From assembly GCA_963668675.2 (NCBI GenBank), contig CAXXMB010000001.1:1152001-1216000 (forward strand): a DNA stretch of 64,000 bases. The letters run 5' to 3'. The position numbers were made by a program, and so were the translations under genes. This document shows positions 1 to 10,284 of this stretch, piece after piece. How positions within the stretch are numbered: the first letter of the stretch is position 1; each line of letters starts with the position of its first letter. This DNA is from an uncultured Desulfatitalea sp. Its GTDB lineage: Bacteria > Desulfobacterota > Desulfobacteria > Desulfobacterales > Desulfosarcinaceae. Under the pieces are notes generated by a model. It was given only the letters and a program-made list of their open reading frames with translations. It did not search any database and was not told the origin of the DNA.

Positions 1-52
1 AGCCGCTGGACGCTACTAAACAGAAGTAATTTTGTAGTCTTCCATAACGCAT
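1..52 (-). CDS. 5' end of a gene running off the window (MRYGRLQNYFCLVASSG...); by position after rnfB possibly an ApbE/RnfF flavin transferase
   Basis: ATG at 52 preceded by GAGGGAGG SD-like sequence; frame open to the window edge; product guessed only from rnf operon context. Confidence 0.4.
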   Translation of the reverse strand, partial: MRYGRLQNYFCLVASSG

Positions 53-54
53 TA

Positions 55-80
55 AGCCTCCCTCTGACCGGAGGGAGGCT
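55..80. promoter_or_regulatory. Perfect 10-bp hairpin overlapping the SD of the gene downstream of rnfB
   Basis: AGCCTCCCTC (55-64) / GAGGGAGGCT (71-80), 6-nt loop. Confidence 0.55.
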
Positions 81-132
81 CGTAATATCTTCTTTTTTAA
101 ATTATTTGCTGCGACTGTGGCGTTTTCTTGCT

Positions 133-1044
133 TTATCCGCGCCACTCCGTATCGTCCACCGTTGTTTTGAAATCTGGTTCTACGATATCCGGCGCGTCAA
201 AGGCCATGGCATCGGCAGCTTCTTCCGGCGTCGGTTCTCCTACAAAAATGAGTCGGTTGCGGGGGCATTTATCGCAAGCTTTCATCAGATCGGGCATGCA
301 TTCTGCCGTATAGTGATCATAATCGATCACCGAAAGGTTATCTTCGATCTTGATCACCTCGGACAAGCGGGAACAGGCTTTACAACCGATACATCCCACC
401 CGGCAGACGGCCATCACATCTTTGCCTTTATCTTTGTTCGAGCAAGTGATTGCCATAATTTGCTTGGCACGAAAAGGGGTGATGGTGATGATATTGCGCG
501 GACACACTTTGGCACACGCACCGCAGCCAATACACTTTTCATAATCGACAACAGCCAATCCATCCACGATATGGATCGCATCGTAATTGCAGGCACGGGT
601 GCAATCGCCAAATCCAAGGCAACCGTAAGTACATCCCTGAATATCGGTCACCAGATTGGCTGCAGCACAGCGTTGTTCACCTTTATATTCCGTTTGGCCA
701 AGCCTATCCTCCCGATGTGCGCCGCAATGGATAATGGGGCGAAACGGAAGCGCCTCTCCTACTTCAACTCCCATGATTTGTGCGACAGCGGCGGCGCACG
801 ATTCGCCACCGACCGGACACTTATTGACCGGTGCACCGTCAGCCACAACCGCGACTGCATAGTCGCCACATCCTAAATACCCACAGCCGCCGCAATTGGC
901 ACCCGGAAGCGCCTCGAGCACAGCCTCAACCCTTGGGTCAACCTCGATGGCAAACTTCTTGTTCGCCCAGCCAAGCACATACGATACGACGAATGCCATT
1001 GCCAGCATGGTTCCGGCGGCAAGACCTATGGTCACTTCAATCAT
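133..1044 (-). CDS. rnfB: Rnf electron transport complex subunit B
   Basis: N-terminal TM, LPGANCGGCGYLGC FeS motif, ferredoxin CxxCxxCxxxCP motifs; operon context. Confidence 0.95.
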   Translation of the reverse strand: MIEVTIGLAAGTMLAMAFVVSYVLGWANKKFAIEVDPRVEAVLEALPGANCGGCGYLGCGDYAVAVVADGAPVNKCPVGGESCAAAVAQIMGVEVGEALPFRPIIHCGAHREDRLGQTEYKGEQRCAAANLVTDIQGCTYGCLGFGDCTRACNYDAIHIVDGLAVVDYEKCIGCGACAKVCPRNIITITPFRAKQIMAITCSNKDKGKDVMAVCRVGCIGCKACSRLSEVIKIEDNLSVIDYDHYTAECMPDLMKACDKCPRNRLIFVGEPTPEEAADAMAFDAPDIVEPDFKTTVDDTEWRG

Positions 1045-1149
1045 GACTACCTCGAACTCCTATCTTCATCCATTGACCAGGAAGGGGTGCCCCTATCCGG
1101 CATGTAACAGAGCGGCAACGGGCAGGATCATTACCCCAATTTGGAAATA

Positions 1150-1962
1150 TCATTTCTCACTTCTGTCGCTGATTAGACTCTTTTTCAACTGAGCAACCAC
1201 ATCTTCTTCTTCACCTTGATACAGTGTAGTGCTCTTCGACTTCTCCACCTGAGCGGCAGGCTCATTGAAAGTCAATGCTTTGCGAAGACCAGAGTTTACG
1301 CCAGTAAACCCCATGAAAGCGAACGCCAGAATGCCACCGATCACCAGTGTAATGGCAGCACCCCTAAATGGTTTAGGAATGTCGCACAGATCGAGCTCCT
1401 CCCGAATCCCAGCCATGATGACGATGGCAAGGGTGAATCCCAGACCACCGAAAAATGCCAGTGACAATGCACGACCTAAATCCCAAGCGTCTGCCGGATT
1501 TTCAACACCGCTTAGATGGCTCATAATAGTCAAACAGGCGAACAGTATGGCGCAGTTGGTCGTTATTAAAGGCAGAAATACGCCAAACGACCTGTAGAGG
1601 GATGGGAAAAACTTGCGCACGTACATCTCAACGAATTGCACTGAGCTCGAAATGACAAAGATATAGATAATGTAACTCAGAATTGTCAAATCGATCTTCT
1701 GTGCAGCCTCCGCAGACATGAAAAAACCAGCGATGAAGGAGGAGATCGGCGCACCTGGAATCAGGATAAGGCTGGTGATGGTCCAACTGACGAAGGCGGC
1801 AATGCTCATGACGAATGTCACCGCACACCCCATGCCGAAGGCCATATCCACATTTCGCGAAACACCGATGAATGGACATATCCCGACAAAATAGTAGAAG
1901 ATAAAGTTATTGATCAGCGCAGCGCCGATGGCGATCAACATCACATCAATTAAGTAACCCAT
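1150..1962 (-). CDS. rnfA: Rnf subunit A (long form with insertions and C-terminal tail)
   Basis: GICPFIGVS and [12 protein letters not shown] motifs; multiple TM helices. Confidence 0.93.
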   Translation of the reverse strand: MGYLIDVMLIAIGAALINNFIFYYFVGICPFIGVSRNVDMAFGMGCAVTFVMSIAAFVSWTITSLILIPGAPISSFIAGFFMSAEAAQKIDLTILSYIIYIFVISSSVQFVEMYVRKFFPSLYRSFGVFLPLITTNCAILFACLTIMSHLSGVENPADAWDLGRALSLAFFGGLGFTLAIVIMAGIREELDLCDIPKPFRGAAITLVIGGILAFAFMGFTGVNSGLRKALTFNEPAAQVEKSKSTTLYQGEEEDVVAQLKKSLISDRSEK

Positions 1963-2016
1963 AGCAAATTCCCGTTTCTTCTCTTAACTTTACCTGCCCG
2001 ATACACTGCTGCCGTT

Positions 2017-2625
2017 CTACTTGGCACCCCTGCTCGAATACCAGTTGACAATCCCCAGGAGCAAACCCAGGGTGATAAATGCGCCCGGAGGAAGGACCAT
2101 TACAGCCCAGTCCGGCCAGCCCAGCGGCAGAACACGAAAACCAAAAAACATTCCCGTTCCCAGTATCTCTCGCACAGCAGCAATGCTGGCCAGTGCGAGA
2201 CCGTACCCAAGCGATTGTCCCACTGCATCTGACATTGCCGTGAAAACGGACTGCTTTGAGGCGCACACCTCGCAGCGGCAGATAATGAGGCAGTTGACGA
2301 TGATCAAAGGAATGTAGGGTCCGAGAGTCTTGCTCATTTGGTACAGGTAGGCTGCCAGCAGCCGATCTGCAATGGTGACGAAAGTGGCGATGGTCAATGT
2401 AAATATGACGATGCGCAGGTGAGGCTTCAGCAGGTTACGGATCAAGCTGGTCACCGTGTTGGCACACAACAGCACGAAGGTGACGGCACCGGCCATGGTA
2501 ATGGCCGCTTGCATGCTGTTGGTCACGGCGAGTGCAGGGCAGAGCCCAAGCAGTTGTCGGTAAACAGGATTCTCAGGCAGAATGCCTTGAATGAATCTCT
2601 CGAGTGCAGTTGGTTGATCAGCCAC
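2017..2625 (-). CDS. rnfE: Rnf subunit E
   Basis: ENPVYRQLLGLCPALAVT and YIPLIIVNCLII motifs. Confidence 0.95.
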   Translation of the reverse strand: MADQPTALERFIQGILPENPVYRQLLGLCPALAVTNSMQAAITMAGAVTFVLLCANTVTSLIRNLLKPHLRIVIFTLTIATFVTIADRLLAAYLYQMSKTLGPYIPLIIVNCLIICRCEVCASKQSVFTAMSDAVGQSLGYGLALASIAAVREILGTGMFFGFRVLPLGWPDWAVMVLPPGAFITLGLLLGIVNWYSSRGAK

Positions 2626-2629
2626 AGCG

Positions 2630-3307
2630 CTATTCCTTCTTTGCTCGATCGCCCTTGGAGAGCGGTTGCTTCAGGTCGACAATGGTCTTGTTGATGATGT
2701 TGATCACACTGTCCGATGAGATGGTGGCTCCGGTGACTGCATCAATTTCGTTTCTTGCCGAGGCACCGCCCTTTACAACTTTAAGTTGATGTTGCGTCGA
2801 TTTGCGGGCGAATTGATTTCGCCATTTCGGTTCAACGATCTTATTGCCCAAGCCGGGCGTCTCCTTCTGATCGAGTATGAAAAGACCGGTAATGGTCTCG
2901 ATAGAAGGATCCAACCCCAACAGAAGTTCGATTCGATCCGCATATCCCTGGCCAGAAACTTTGGTGACCCAACCAGCCAGCCGGCCGTCGTCATACCTGG
3001 TTTCAAAAACACTGTACATCTTTTTGATTCCGTTCTTTTCAACCGTCACGGACCGCGGAGTGATCTGAAATGTCTGCTTTGCGACTTCCATCTTGGCAGC
3101 AGCTTCTCTGCCGAGAAGTATTTCAGGAACCTTCTCCTTGGTTTCGTTGAGCTTGTTGGCCGAGATAACCGGTCCAAGCGCAGCCTGGACAGCCGCCAAA
3201 GATATCCCAAACACCAGGGCCAGCGAGATGCACAGCCAAGCCTGAAGGATGTAGTTGTTCTGAAAACGGTTCTGTTTTTCAGCTTCTGTATTCGATTTTT
3301 CCGCCAT
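2630..3307 (-). CDS. rnfG: Rnf subunit G (FMN-binding)
   Basis: N-terminal TM, ETPGLG, DAVTGATISS flavinylation motif. Confidence 0.95.
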   Translation of the reverse strand: MAEKSNTEAEKQNRFQNNYILQAWLCISLALVFGISLAAVQAALGPVISANKLNETKEKVPEILLGREAAAKMEVAKQTFQITPRSVTVEKNGIKKMYSVFETRYDDGRLAGWVTKVSGQGYADRIELLLGLDPSIETITGLFILDQKETPGLGNKIVEPKWRNQFARKSTQHQLKVVKGGASARNEIDAVTGATISSDSVINIINKTIVDLKQPLSKGDRAKKE

Positions 3308-3359
3308 ATCTCTGTTTCCTAATGGACTTTCAGTTGATCATTCAACGGATGGTACACGG

Positions 3360-4367
3360 TTAATACTCGCCAAAGGTTCTGGGAATCGTCCAACGGTTGA
3401 TCAAGGGGGTGATGGCATTCATCAGCAATACGGCGAACATAACGCCTTCGGGATAACCGCTGAAAAGGCGCAACAGCATCACCAAAGCGCCGATACCGGC
3501 ACCGAAAATCGCTTTCCCCCTTGGCGTCAGAGGGCTCGAAACGGGATCGGTGGCGATAAAAAAAGCGCCGAAAAGTAATGCACCGCCAAAGAGGTGGTGC
3601 AGTATCAGGCGCCCGCCAAAACCACCCGCCAGGTCCGCCACAGCAGTAATAACCACCACCGTCACAATCATTGCCGAAGGGATCTCCCATGAAGCGGTAC
3701 GCCGGATGCAAAGATAGATGCCGCCAAGCAGGCAGGCCAGGGAACTTGTTTCCCCTAATGATCCATTGGTCAACCCTAAAAACATTGCGGATATGGGGGT
3801 CAATGTACCGGCCTGCTTGAATGCATTCATCGGCGTGGCCTGTGAAATCGCATCCACCAAACCGGTGCTGCTTTCGTAGGCGCCAGCGCCCATGGCTCCG
3901 GCAAAGGAGATCATGACGAAAGCGCGCCCCACCATGGCCGGATTAAAAATGTTCATTCCCAAACCGCCAAAAATAATCTTACCCAAGCCGATGGCTGTTA
4001 CCGATGCAATAACGGAAGCATACCATGGAGCGGTTGCAGGCATTGAGAGTGCCAGGATAATGCCCGTTACCGCTGCTGAGAAATCGCCGAGGGAGATCGA
4101 TTTACCCCGCATGCGAACAAAAAGGAACTCCGCCACCAAACATGTTGAGACGCACAGTCCCAACTGCACCAGTGCATATTGCCCGAAGATGTAAATTGCG
4201 AAGGCAACTGCCGGCGCCAGTGCAATGAGCACATCGAGCATCATTCGTCTTGTAGTGGTGCTGGTATTGCCGATATGGGGTGAAGGGGATACATGAAGAA
4301 CGGGCAAATCGTCCGGCTCACCGTTTATGGTCTTTTGATCAACTGTCTCTTTCATCTTTGTCGCCAA
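3360..4367 (-). CDS. rnfD: Rnf subunit D
   Basis: SPSPHI, FGGLGMNIFNPAMVGRA, DAISQATP (FMN site), FIATDPVSSP. Confidence 0.95.
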   Translation of the reverse strand: MATKMKETVDQKTINGEPDDLPVLHVSPSPHIGNTSTTTRRMMLDVLIALAPAVAFAIYIFGQYALVQLGLCVSTCLVAEFLFVRMRGKSISLGDFSAAVTGIILALSMPATAPWYASVIASVTAIGLGKIIFGGLGMNIFNPAMVGRAFVMISFAGAMGAGAYESSTGLVDAISQATPMNAFKQAGTLTPISAMFLGLTNGSLGETSSLACLLGGIYLCIRRTASWEIPSAMIVTVVVITAVADLAGGFGGRLILHHLFGGALLFGAFFIATDPVSSPLTPRGKAIFGAGIGALVMLLRLFSGYPEGVMFAVLLMNAITPLINRWTIPRTFGEY

Positions 4368-4475
4368 TGCTTGAATCCTATAGTGTGCCGATCCATTTCA
4401 GTTTTTGTTAATTGTTTCCCAAACAGGCCGCTATCCTACCACCAGGCCAATTTTCAGCGCGACACAGCCTACGGC

Positions 4476-5840
4476 TTACTTTCGGCTGGCAACAACCATC
4501 GCTTTACCCATACGGATCAATTGCACCAGCTTGATATGAGCAGGACAAATGTAGGTGCAGCTCCCACACTCAAAGCACGCCATGATGTTATATTGGTGCG
4601 CCAAGGCAAGGTTACCGTGCCGGGAGGCCATGGCCAGTTTGGTTGGTACCAGCTGCATGGGACAGACATCGACGCAACGGCCACAACGCAGGCATGCCGT
4701 TTCATTCTCGCGTCGAATATCGTTATGGGTGAGAATGGTTATCCCGCTCGTGCCTTTTGTCACGGGTGTGCTCAAGTTGGAAAACGAAAATCCCATCATG
4801 GGGCCACCAGCGATGATACGTGCGGCGTCTTTTGTCAACCCACCGCAGTAGTCGATGACCTCCTGCATACTGATGCCGATTGGCACGAGAAGATTTTTGG
4901 GTGTGTGAATGCCTCGCCCGGTTACACTGATTACCTTATGGGTCAAGGGTTTTTCACGAATCACCGCCCGAGCGACGGCCGCGATAGTGGCCACATTGCT
5001 CATGGCCACCCCGACATCCGCCGGAAGTCCCCCCAAAGGAACCTCCAGCCCGAGTACGGCCTTGATCAACTGTTTTTCACTACCCTGAGGGTACTTTGTC
5101 TTCAGAACAGCGATTTTGATGACCGTCCCTTTGGCCTCGGCCTTCAATCGCTCAATCGCCTCAGGTTTGTTGTCCTCAATGCAAATAACGATCTCTCTGG
5201 CCGAGACGGCACGGGCGCCGTGAAGCGATCCGGCAATGATCGCCCTCGGTGCCTCGACCATGAGGCGAAAATCGTTGGTCAGATAAGGTTCACACTCGCA
5301 TCCGTTGATCATGAGAGTGTCGATCATCTTTTTGTCGTCCGGCCGAACCTTGACATGGGTCGGGAAAGCCGCCCCGCCCAGACCAACAATGCCGGCCTCA
5401 TGAACCGCTTTGGTAATGGTGGTCGGGTAGTAGATGGCGGGGCAATCCTTGGGCCATGAACCGCCCAACACATCGTTATAGAGCGCCTCTCCCTCGATTT
5501 GTTCACCGTCAGCCTTGATGGATATAGCTGGCAGATGACGCCCGTTGGGCAGGGTGCAGACACCTATTTTTTCAACCACTCCTGAAACCGGGCTATGCAG
5601 GTTGGCCGATACGAACGCTTCGCCGACACCAATGGTTTCGCCAGCAACAACTTTCTGCTTTGCCTTGACGATCGGTTTGCACGGTGCCCCGATATTCTGC
5701 AACAGCGGCAGCACCACCCTTTTTGGGGTGGGAACGACCTCTATGGCCGCATCGCGTGATAACGTCTTATTTTCAGGGGGATGGATTCCGTGCGAAAAGC
5801 TGCCTTTTCCTGGAAGATCTTTTAACCGTAACAGTCCCAT
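4476..5840 (-). CDS. rnfC: Rnf subunit C
   Basis: GIHPPENK, GIVGLGGAAFPTHVK, NGCECEPYLT, two 4Fe-4S motifs. Confidence 0.96.
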   Translation of the reverse strand: MGLLRLKDLPGKGSFSHGIHPPENKTLSRDAAIEVVPTPKRVVLPLLQNIGAPCKPIVKAKQKVVAGETIGVGEAFVSANLHSPVSGVVEKIGVCTLPNGRHLPAISIKADGEQIEGEALYNDVLGGSWPKDCPAIYYPTTITKAVHEAGIVGLGGAAFPTHVKVRPDDKKMIDTLMINGCECEPYLTNDFRLMVEAPRAIIAGSLHGARAVSAREIVICIEDNKPEAIERLKAEAKGTVIKIAVLKTKYPQGSEKQLIKAVLGLEVPLGGLPADVGVAMSNVATIAAVARAVIREKPLTHKVISVTGRGIHTPKNLLVPIGISMQEVIDYCGGLTKDAARIIAGGPMMGFSFSNLSTPVTKGTSGITILTHNDIRRENETACLRCGRCVDVCPMQLVPTKLAMASRHGNLALAHQYNIMACFECGSCTYICPAHIKLVQLIRMGKAMVVASRK

Positions 5841-6069
5841 ATGATCACAACTATATCCTCTGAATTCTGTTTGATTTTTTCACCTCAAAAAAAGAGGTTT
5901 AATAGTACAGAAGATAAGGGAGCGTCAAGGCCAATTATGCGAGGGACTGCGTCTGCCCGTGTCTTGGCGGAAGAACGAACACGAGTCGCAGTTCGATCTA
6001 AAAGGCTGGGAATTCTTTGAAACCGCGTGAAGCGGGAGCGCACCACGTTCGGATGCGCCCCAATTTGAA

Positions 6070-6969
6070 TCAGCCCAGCACCCAGACGGTGAGATGCTGC
6101 GCCTGTTGGAAAATTTTATTGCCGACACGACGCGAAATGAACTCCTGATAGATACTGAGCCCACGCCTGCCGATCACGATCGTATCGTAGCTGCCCTGGT
6201 TGGCCTTTTCGACAATGCTGTTGGACAGGTCCTGCGGGGCGTCGATCATCTCAAACGACACCTGATTGAAGGAGAAGCCTGAGTCGACAAGACACTCCTT
6301 GGCCTTGTTGATCATCGGTTCAATCTTCTTTCGCAACTCTTCCTTTTCAGCAGGGGTGCCCTTCCCCTTCGAAACAAGGCAGAAGGAGATCTTGCAATCC
6401 GATGCACCAATTAAGGCACTCATTGACTTCACTGCCCGCATCACCTCTTTGGAGCCGTCAAAAGAGACCAAAATACGATCCTGCTTTAGCGCGCCACCAA
6501 CGATAATCATCGGTATCCCCTGAATTTTCTTCAACAGCTTATTGGGGACGCTGCCGACCAGCATATCTTTGATTTTGCTTTCTCCCTTGCGCCCCATTAC
6601 AACGGCGTCATAGCCCTCGTGAGATTCTCTGAAGATATCGTTAACGATCCCCATGTTTTTGGCCTGGATCTTCTTAGTGACGGCGTCCGGATCAAAGCCT
6701 GCCTCGACCAAAATCTGATGGGCTTTCTCTATCGAAGAGTTGATTCGCTTGTGCTGCTGAGCAATACAGGCCCTGATGTTACCTGCCTTCAACTTGAAAT
6801 CCATGTCTCGTTCCACCTTCCAGAACGAGTTGGACATCTTACTTTCGATGTAAAACAGAACGACTTTGGTAGACTGTGCCGGCATCAGGGTGGCCACATA
6901 TTTGACAGCTTCAAGCGCCAAATCAGACCCATCAAATGCTACGAGTATCTTAAGGCCTTGACTTTCCAT
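6070..6969 (-). CDS. Tandem-domain universal stress protein
   Basis: Two ILVxFDGS...GRxG USP domains. Confidence 0.9.
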   Translation of the reverse strand: MESQGLKILVAFDGSDLALEAVKYVATLMPAQSTKVVLFYIESKMSNSFWKVERDMDFKLKAGNIRACIAQQHKRINSSIEKAHQILVEAGFDPDAVTKKIQAKNMGIVNDIFRESHEGYDAVVMGRKGESKIKDMLVGSVPNKLLKKIQGIPMIIVGGALKQDRILVSFDGSKEVMRAVKSMSALIGASDCKISFCLVSKGKGTPAEKEELRKKIEPMINKAKECLVDSGFSFNQVSFEMIDAPQDLSNSIVEKANQGSYDTIVIGRRGLSIYQEFISRRVGNKIFQQAQHLTVWVLG

Positions 6970-7136
6970 CCACTCCTCCTTGATCAGATTCGTTCTCGCT
7001 TATACTCAGGATCGCCATCGGATAGTGTGAAGGTATTATAGGGGGATTCGGCCATTATTGACAACAAAAAACGGGCAAAACAGACCGTCTTTGATCTCAT
7101 TTTTTCCGTAGTCGATGAGATTGAAACTTGGACGGA

Positions 7137-8045
7137 TCAATCCTGCCCCTCAATAAAAGAGCGGACAAGCTGGTTCACCCGATCAGGCTGCTCGTGAATA
7201 ACCCAGTGGGAGCCGTCCGGGATACGCTCGATGCGAAGGTGATCTACATAGGACTCCAACCCTTCAAGATTTCCGGGCAACAGCGCTTCGTCCAACTCCC
7301 CCCAAATCACCATCGTCGGCACGTTGACGGAAAACATCTCCCTTGGCGCTGCAACCACTTGCCTGATGACCGCCGTTTCCGCTTCAGTGGTGGGAGGATG
7401 AAGCGGGGAGACACGATAGTAATTCAATCCGCCTGTGAGTGCATCCGGCTTTGACCAGGCGGATATGTAGCGATCCAAATCAGTGTCACTCGGTTTCCAT
7501 CTGGATTGCCCGCCTGTAAGCGCCTCCGATAGATAGCGGAAATTGTCCTGTGACAAAAATGCCTCCGCCTCCGGGGAACGAAACAGGTTCATATACTCAC
7601 TCGCCCTCTTCTGAGCTGGATTGTCCAATAATTCCCTGGCGAAGATGGCCGGATGCGGTGAGTTGATGATAACAAGTTTTTCAACCATTTCCGGATGACG
7701 GTTTGCAAACGCCCAGGCCACTCCTCCACCCCAGTCATGCGCAACCAAAACCATTTTCCGATGCCCCAGATGGCCGACAAGTTCCCGAATGTCCTTGACC
7801 AGCAACTTGACGTGATACCTGTCCGGCGGCAGAGGTTTACCAGAGAGATTGAAGCCCCTCAGATCAGGTGCCACGGCTTGGTATTGGGCGCCAAAATACT
7901 GAAGTTGATTTTCCCATGCGCCCCAGAATTCCGGAAATCCATGCAGAAAGAGAATCAAATTACCCTTCCCACAGGAGACGTAATGAATCTGAATGTCGTC
8001 CAAATCGGCATAGCCCTCGTTGAAAACCACTTGCGGTTCTGACAT
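7137..8045 (-). CDS. Alpha/beta hydrolase, epoxide hydrolase-like
   Basis: HGFPE, HDWGG nucleophile elbow, NYYR, C-terminal SHW. Confidence 0.9.
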   Translation of the reverse strand: MSEPQVVFNEGYADLDDIQIHYVSCGKGNLILFLHGFPEFWGAWENQLQYFGAQYQAVAPDLRGFNLSGKPLPPDRYHVKLLVKDIRELVGHLGHRKMVLVAHDWGGGVAWAFANRHPEMVEKLVIINSPHPAIFARELLDNPAQKRASEYMNLFRSPEAEAFLSQDNFRYLSEALTGGQSRWKPSDTDLDRYISAWSKPDALTGGLNYYRVSPLHPPTTEAETAVIRQVVAAPREMFSVNVPTMVIWGELDEALLPGNLEGLESYVDHLRIERIPDGSHWVIHEQPDRVNQLVRSFIEGQD

Positions 8046-8271
8046 CTTGCACTCCTTTGATGCTTGGGGTACTCGCTTAGAGTGAATCGGATCGATGAAC
8101 CTATTTTGTCCGTTTCGAGGCGGATTGGCAACCTCCTTTTTAGTGAACGAACGCTCGTTTTTTTAAATTGACAGCAGACCGCTATTGTCGCTACTATAGG
8201 AGTGTTTCCGAACATTAATGGTCAGAGAAGGCATCGCCAAAGCTTAACGCAAATGTGATAAAGGAGAAATT

Positions 8272-10206
8272 ATGGGCGAACTGAGCGCTTTATTGTCACC
8301 GTTTACAATCAAGAACATGACCATCCCTAACCGTGCCGTGTTGCCGCCCATGGGGACCGGGCTCTCCAATCCGGGGGGCACTGTGGGCGATGCCCTGCTG
8401 GCCTATATGAAACGCCAGGCAAGCGGCGGTGTCGGGCTGCTGATCTCCGAAATAACGGCGGTCCACCCCAGTGGCTTGGTATCCAAGCATCATGTCGGCG
8501 CCTTTGACGACAAATTTCTTCCAGGTCTAAAGCAGCTGGCCGACGTGATGCATTCGGGTGGCGGTAAGGCGGCTATGCAGCTGCACCATGCCGGCCGGGA
8601 GAGCATGTACATGCTGAAAAAGGGCATGGCCATAGGGCCATCCAAACTGCCCAGTCTGATCTACGGACAGCCCCCCAAGGAGATGACCGTCGAAGATATT
8701 CACGAGATTATCGATGCCTACGGGACGGCCGCTGCCCGTGCGCGAGCCGCCGGCTTCGATGCGGTGGAGATCCATGGCGCCCATGGCTATCTGATCACAC
8801 AATTCCTTTCGTCCATCTCCAACCAGAGAACGGATGAATATGGCGGTTCTTTTAAAAAGCGCGCACAATTTCTCATCGAGGTGGTTCGCTCGGTCAGAAA
8901 ACATGTCGGCGACGATTTTCCCATACTGCTGAGAATTTCAGCTGAGGAGTTTATCAAAAATGGCTATAAGGTGGAAGATGTTCTGACGATTCTTCCCGAA
9001 CTGATCGAGAGCGGCGTCGATACAATGCATGCATCTGTAGGCACCCACGGCAGCCCGGCCGGCATCACCAGCGCGCCACCCGAATTTGAAGTCGGCTTTA
9101 ATGTCTGGCGGGCGGACAAAATCAAAAAGGCCGGCAGTGTCCCGGTCATCGCAGTGGGTCGATTCAACGATCCCCGTGCAGCCGATGCGGTAATCGCCCG
9201 GGGCGAGGCCGATATGGTCGCCTTCGGCCGTCAGGCTCTCTGCGACCCCGACTACCTGCTGAAGGCCAGGGAGGGCCGCTACGACGATATCCGACTCTGT
9301 ATTGCCTGCAACCAGGGGTGTATTGAGAGGGAGATGTTCGAAGGCAAATCGGTTCGCTGCGCCATCAACCCGGAAACCGGCATGGAACTGGCCAGACCGG
9401 AAGGTCCCGCAGCATCTCCGCGCAACGTGTGGATCATCGGAGCAGGACCGGCAGGCCTGACCGCTGCATATGAGGCCAAACGCCTCGGCCACGAGGTCTC
9501 CCTTTTCGAAAAAGAGGATGATACTGGCGGAAACATACTTTTTGCATGCAAAGCCCCCCACAAAGAGATCTATCTCGACTGGATTCGATTCCTGGCAAAA
9601 CAGGTGAAAGAGGCTGGCGTCGCCATTCAAACCGGCACAGAGGTCACCGAAGCAATGATCGACGAAGGCACCCCGGATGCTGTCATACTGGCCATAGGCG
9701 GAGAGAAGATCATCCCGCCCATCGAAGGCGCCGACCTGCCCCATGTCTTCGATGCATGGCAAATCCTGGGCGAATCGATACAGACCGGCAGAAACGTCCT
9801 GGTCATCGGTGGCGGCCTTATCGGCATGGAGACCGCATGTTTCGCCGCCGCCAAAGGAAGCGACGTAACCCTGATCGAACAACTCTCCGCTTCCCCGGTC
9901 CCCCGATACACCTCCCACGGATACAGCCTGCATAAATACCTTCGACAGGCTGGCGCCCTGCTTCGTTTCGGATGCTCCCTCAAATCGATAAGGGAGAACG
10001 AGGTGGTGGTGCAGTGCGGCGAATCGGAAGAGGTGCTTTCAGGATTCGACCAGGTTGTGATGGCGGTGGGCATGACCTCCCGCAACCAACTCAAAGAGTA
10101 CTTGAAGCAGAAGGATATCCGGCATACGGTGATCGGAGATGCTCTGAAGGTCAGGCGGATCATGGAGGCAACCGAGGAGGGCGCCAAAGCCGCCTGGGAA
10201 CTGTAG
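8272..10206 (+). CDS. OYE-family NADH:flavin oxidoreductase with 4Fe-4S and FAD/NAD(P) domains
   Basis: EIHGAHGYL, CIACNQGC...CAINP, two GxGxxG motifs. Confidence 0.92.
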   Translation: MGELSALLSPFTIKNMTIPNRAVLPPMGTGLSNPGGTVGDALLAYMKRQASGGVGLLISEITAVHPSGLVSKHHVGAFDDKFLPGLKQLADVMHSGGGKAAMQLHHAGRESMYMLKKGMAIGPSKLPSLIYGQPPKEMTVEDIHEIIDAYGTAAARARAAGFDAVEIHGAHGYLITQFLSSISNQRTDEYGGSFKKRAQFLIEVVRSVRKHVGDDFPILLRISAEEFIKNGYKVEDVLTILPELIESGVDTMHASVGTHGSPAGITSAPPEFEVGFNVWRADKIKKAGSVPVIAVGRFNDPRAADAVIARGEADMVAFGRQALCDPDYLLKAREGRYDDIRLCIACNQGCIEREMFEGKSVRCAINPETGMELARPEGPAASPRNVWIIGAGPAGLTAAYEAKRLGHEVSLFEKEDDTGGNILFACKAPHKEIYLDWIRFLAKQVKEAGVAIQTGTEVTEAMIDEGTPDAVILAIGGEKIIPPIEGADLPHVFDAWQILGESIQTGRNVLVIGGGLIGMETACFAAAKGSDVTLIEQLSASPVPRYTSHGYSLHKYLRQAGALLRFGCSLKSIRENEVVVQCGESEEVLSGFDQVVMAVGMTSRNQLKEYLKQKDIRHTVIGDALKVRRIMEATEEGAKAAWEL

Positions 10207-10229
10207 AACATCGTAACTGTATAGCAACC

Positions 10230-10266
10230 TCTGCCACAGGCATGACGGATCCATGCCTGTGGCAGA
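10230..10266. repeat. Perfect 15-bp inverted repeat (stem-loop without U tract)
   Basis: TCTGCCACAGGCATG-ACGGATC-CATGCCTGTGGCAGA. Confidence 0.8.
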
Positions 10267-10284
10267 AACCATGGGTCTTCCTAA

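Noticed and set aside
5868..5885. Rex operator upstream of rnfC
   Set aside because: Only a TTCAC half-site; poor match to TTGTGAA-N4-TTCACAA
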